Positions 61,708 through 64,000 of a stretch of DNA of 64,000 bases are shown one piece after another. The stretch is from Thermoplasmatales archaeon (GTDB lineage: Archaea > Thermoplasmatota > Thermoplasmata > Thermoplasmatales > Thermoplasmataceae): NCBI GenBank assembly GCA_027310185.1, contig DAIDBH010000018.1, forward strand, positions 96,001 through 160,000, in the 5' to 3' direction. Position 1 is the first letter of the stretch. Every line of letters starts with the position of its first letter. The position numbers and the translations under genes are program-made. The notes below the pieces were generated by a model. The model ran no database searches. It worked only from the letters and a program-made list of their open reading frames with translations, and had not been told where the DNA came from.

Positions 61708-62682
61708 ATGAAGGCATATGTTATGGATAAATTTGGAATCGAGAATATTGAGATAAAGGAGGTTAAGGAACCATCTTCTACAAAAGGTTTCGTCAAGGTA
61801 AGTCCAGTAATGGCAGGAATTAACCCGCTGGATTATAACGTTATAGCAGGAAAGGTTCTGTATGGTATCCAGCCAATGCCACACATACCGGGTTCAGAGA
61901 TACTAGCCGTGGTGAAGGAGGATAACGGCAAATTCAAGAAAGGGGATCGTGTTGTTGTATACAACAGGATATATGATGGAACATGCGAATACTGCATATC
62001 CGGAAGAGAATACCTGTGCTCTAACGGGGGTATTTACGGGGTGGTTAGTAATGGTGGATTTGCAGAAACCCTTTTGATCAGGGAAGAAAATCTATTCCGG
62101 GTACCTGATATGATTTCAGATGAGGTTGCTGTTTCCTTTCCGATAGCAGCAATGACACCATATCATGCACTCAAGGAGGCAGGGGCAAGGGCAGGCCAGT
62201 CATTGATAGTATATGGTGCTTCAGGAAACACTGGCATATTTGCTATGCAGCTAGCAAACATTATGGGCATGAAAGTTTTTGCAGTATCCACAAAGGGTTA
62301 TCTTGATGAATACGGGGCCACAGAAACATTTCAGGCTGAAAAAATTCCAGAGAATTTCAAAGCAGATATAGTGATCAATCCACTGGGTGGCGAGCTGTTC
62401 TCAAAGTCTCTTGCCCATGTTCAGAAGAGGGGAAAGCTCATAACATTTGGAGTGCTGAACGGTCGGGAGACCACAATAGACATAGGCAGGATATATACAA
62501 ATGAATTGAGTATTATGGGATCAACAGGTGGAAGCAGGAAAGACATGAAGGAACTGATTGACCTGGCTTCAGAGAGAAAACTGAAGGTTAAAATAGATCG
62601 AATCTTTAAGCACGATGAACTTAAAGATGCACTGGTTTATTTTGGGAAACCAAGAGACGGAAGGGTATTGATCAGGTTTTAG
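61708..62682 (+). CDS. MDR-family (Zn-ADH/quinone reductase-like) oxidoreductase
   Basis: GINPLD, HIPGSE, structural Zn site D..C..C.......C, GASGNTG. Confidence 0.88.
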   Translation: MKAYVMDKFGIENIEIKEVKEPSSTKGFVKVSPVMAGINPLDYNVIAGKVLYGIQPMPHIPGSEILAVVKEDNGKFKKGDRVVVYNRIYDGTCEYCISGREYLCSNGGIYGVVSNGGFAETLLIREENLFRVPDMISDEVAVSFPIAAMTPYHALKEAGARAGQSLIVYGASGNTGIFAMQLANIMGMKVFAVSTKGYLDEYGATETFQAEKIPENFKADIVINPLGGELFSKSLAHVQKRGKLITFGVLNGRETTIDIGRIYTNELSIMGSTGGSRKDMKELIDLASERKLKVKIDRIFKHDELKDALVYFGKPRDGRVLIRF

Positions 62683-63328
62683 ATCTTGCAAGATTTTTAA
62701 GATTGGAAATATTCTTCCTGATATCTCCACCATAAATATATGAAGCGGAAACAAGTATGTCTGCTCCAGAATCAACTGCAATCTGGCCTGTATTATTATT
62801 GATGCCACCGTCTATTTCAATCTGGGTATCAAGGGAGTTTTCGTAGATATATTCCCTAGCTTCCCTAATCTTTTGTGTCATTCCATTTATGAAACCCTGT
62901 CCTGAAAATCCAGGATAAACAGTCATTATAAGAAGTATTTCCGCTTCACTCAAAAGGTCACTGACAGCAGAGAAAGGTGTGTCTGGATTGATTACTATCC
63001 CATAGCTTTTTCCCGCCTCTTTCACTTCCCTGAAACACTTTTTCAGGTTGACAGGCGACTCGTAATGAAACATAAGTATGTCAGCACCGGCTTTAGAGAA
63101 AACCTTCCAGTACTTATCAGGATTAGTCACCATCATATGTGCCTCGAGAGGAAGATCAGTGCACCTCCTTATGGCGGAAATCAAGTCCCCTCCCATTGTG
63201 AGATTTGGAACAAAATGGCCATCCATTATATCCAGATGAAACTGATCTGCACCAGAATCTACGCTTATTTCAATCTGATCCCTGAGAAGTTCCAGTCTGC
63301 ATGATATGACTGAAGGTGAAACTTTCAT
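62672..63328 (-). CDS. rpe: Ribulose-phosphate 3-epimerase
   Basis: SPS, HLDIMDGHFVPN, HMM, MTVYPGFSGQ, DGGIN. Confidence 0.96.
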   Translation of the reverse strand: MKVSPSVISCRLELLRDQIEISVDSGADQFHLDIMDGHFVPNLTMGGDLISAIRRCTDLPLEAHMMVTNPDKYWKVFSKAGADILMFHYESPVNLKKCFREVKEAGKSYGIVINPDTPFSAVSDLLSEAEILLIMTVYPGFSGQGFINGMTQKIREAREYIYENSLDTQIEIDGGINNNTGQIAVDSGADILVSASYIYGGDIRKNISNLKNLARSKT

Positions 63329-63481
63329 GTTTATTCCATATGTATTACACGTGATTTACTTTTCTAAAGTAAGTGACTTCCTGAATACTCCTGGTATATA
63401 AACAATGGAATCTGGACTGCATAAATATAAGCAATATTGATCATGGGATATATTTAAATACTGTGTAATAGATTGTTGATC

Positions 63482-63979
63482 ATGGTGGAAAATAGAGACA
63501 CTGTTTCGGGTAAGCCACCAGATGAAGTGATGGAGAAGATAGTCTCGAAACTTATTTCTGTGAAGAGGAACGTAATAAGTAAATACGAAGCAATAAGAGA
63601 AGTCAGCAAACTCCACAACACAATCCAGATTCTGGATGAATTGATAGAACTGGAGAACAGGGACATAGAGATACTGGAGAATGCCGAAGCATTAGAGCAG
63701 GTAATGTATTCAAGAAGAAGCGGGAAAGAGCAGGACTATGGATCCCTGGATCATATCATATCAACCGATCCAGAGCCAGAGAAGGATGATCCAAAGAGTA
63801 TTCTGGCATGGTCAATTTCAAAATCCGATGAAATATACAAAATAGCTGATCTTCTGAGTGGAGAGTATGATGATGAAAACCTTAAGAAGCTCTTGAAGAA
63901 CATTGCAGAGAGTGAAATGAAAAGGAAGAACAGGATGACGGAACTCTACGAAGATATAATAAACAAGGATGACTGGTAA
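63482..63979 (+). CDS. Hypothetical helical protein, ferritin/rubrerythrin-like
   Basis: Two helical repeats (Y.......L..L...E / Y..A......LK.IAESE....L.ELYE) resembling a four-helix bundle. Confidence 0.55.
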   Translation: MVENRDTVSGKPPDEVMEKIVSKLISVKRNVISKYEAIREVSKLHNTIQILDELIELENRDIEILENAEALEQVMYSRRSGKEQDYGSLDHIISTDPEPEKDDPKSILAWSISKSDEIYKIADLLSGEYDDENLKKLLKNIAESEMKRKNRMTELYEDIINKDDW

Positions 63980-64000
63980 TCCTCACTTACATTTTATGAT

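Noticed and set aside
63356-63372. TTACTTT-TCT-AAAGTAA palindrome between rpe and the ferritin-like gene
   Set aside because: An AT-rich 7-bp arm is expected by chance, and no second copy was noticed.
53234-64000. Right attachment site (duplicate of the tRNA-Ile 3' end)
   Set aside because: None found by eye in the window, so no intact integrated element is claimed.

Overview
Core-chromosome window of an archaeon of the order Thermoplasmatales. The assignment rests on a stand-alone 16S rRNA gene starting ACTCCGGTTGATCC, class I LysRS, archaeal r-proteins, RpoK and Spt5; the genus cannot be fixed from reading alone. Contents: housekeeping and metabolic genes (citrate synthase, icd, glgX/treX, lysS-metG, purA, rpe), the HMG-CoA synthase/thiolase/DUF35 mevalonate operon, rpl11-rpl1-rpl10-rpl12, and a complete 2-oxoacid dehydrogenase operon bracketed by lipA and lipB. 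A tRNA-Ile(GAU) gene is overlapped by a tyrosine-integrase remnant and followed by a patchwork of accessory genes. Two real small genes are missing from the ORF track: rpoK and a 56-aa CxxC/CxxC zinc-finger gene. Most notable observations: (1) a compensatory U-A replacement of the nearly invariant C1404-G1497 pair in the 16S decoding centre; (2) the mevalonate-operon thiolase has lost all three catalytic fingerprints yet is intact, suggesting a pseudoenzyme scaffold; (3) an intact but apparently catalytically dead ALDH-fold protein; (4) Spt5 with a ~135-aa Ig-like N-terminal extension, translationally coupled to a large unknown protein; (5) a perfect BHB pre-16S processing stem and a candidate structured rpl1 leader. 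No CRISPR array or intact mobile element was seen. All calls come from motif reading, not from database searches.
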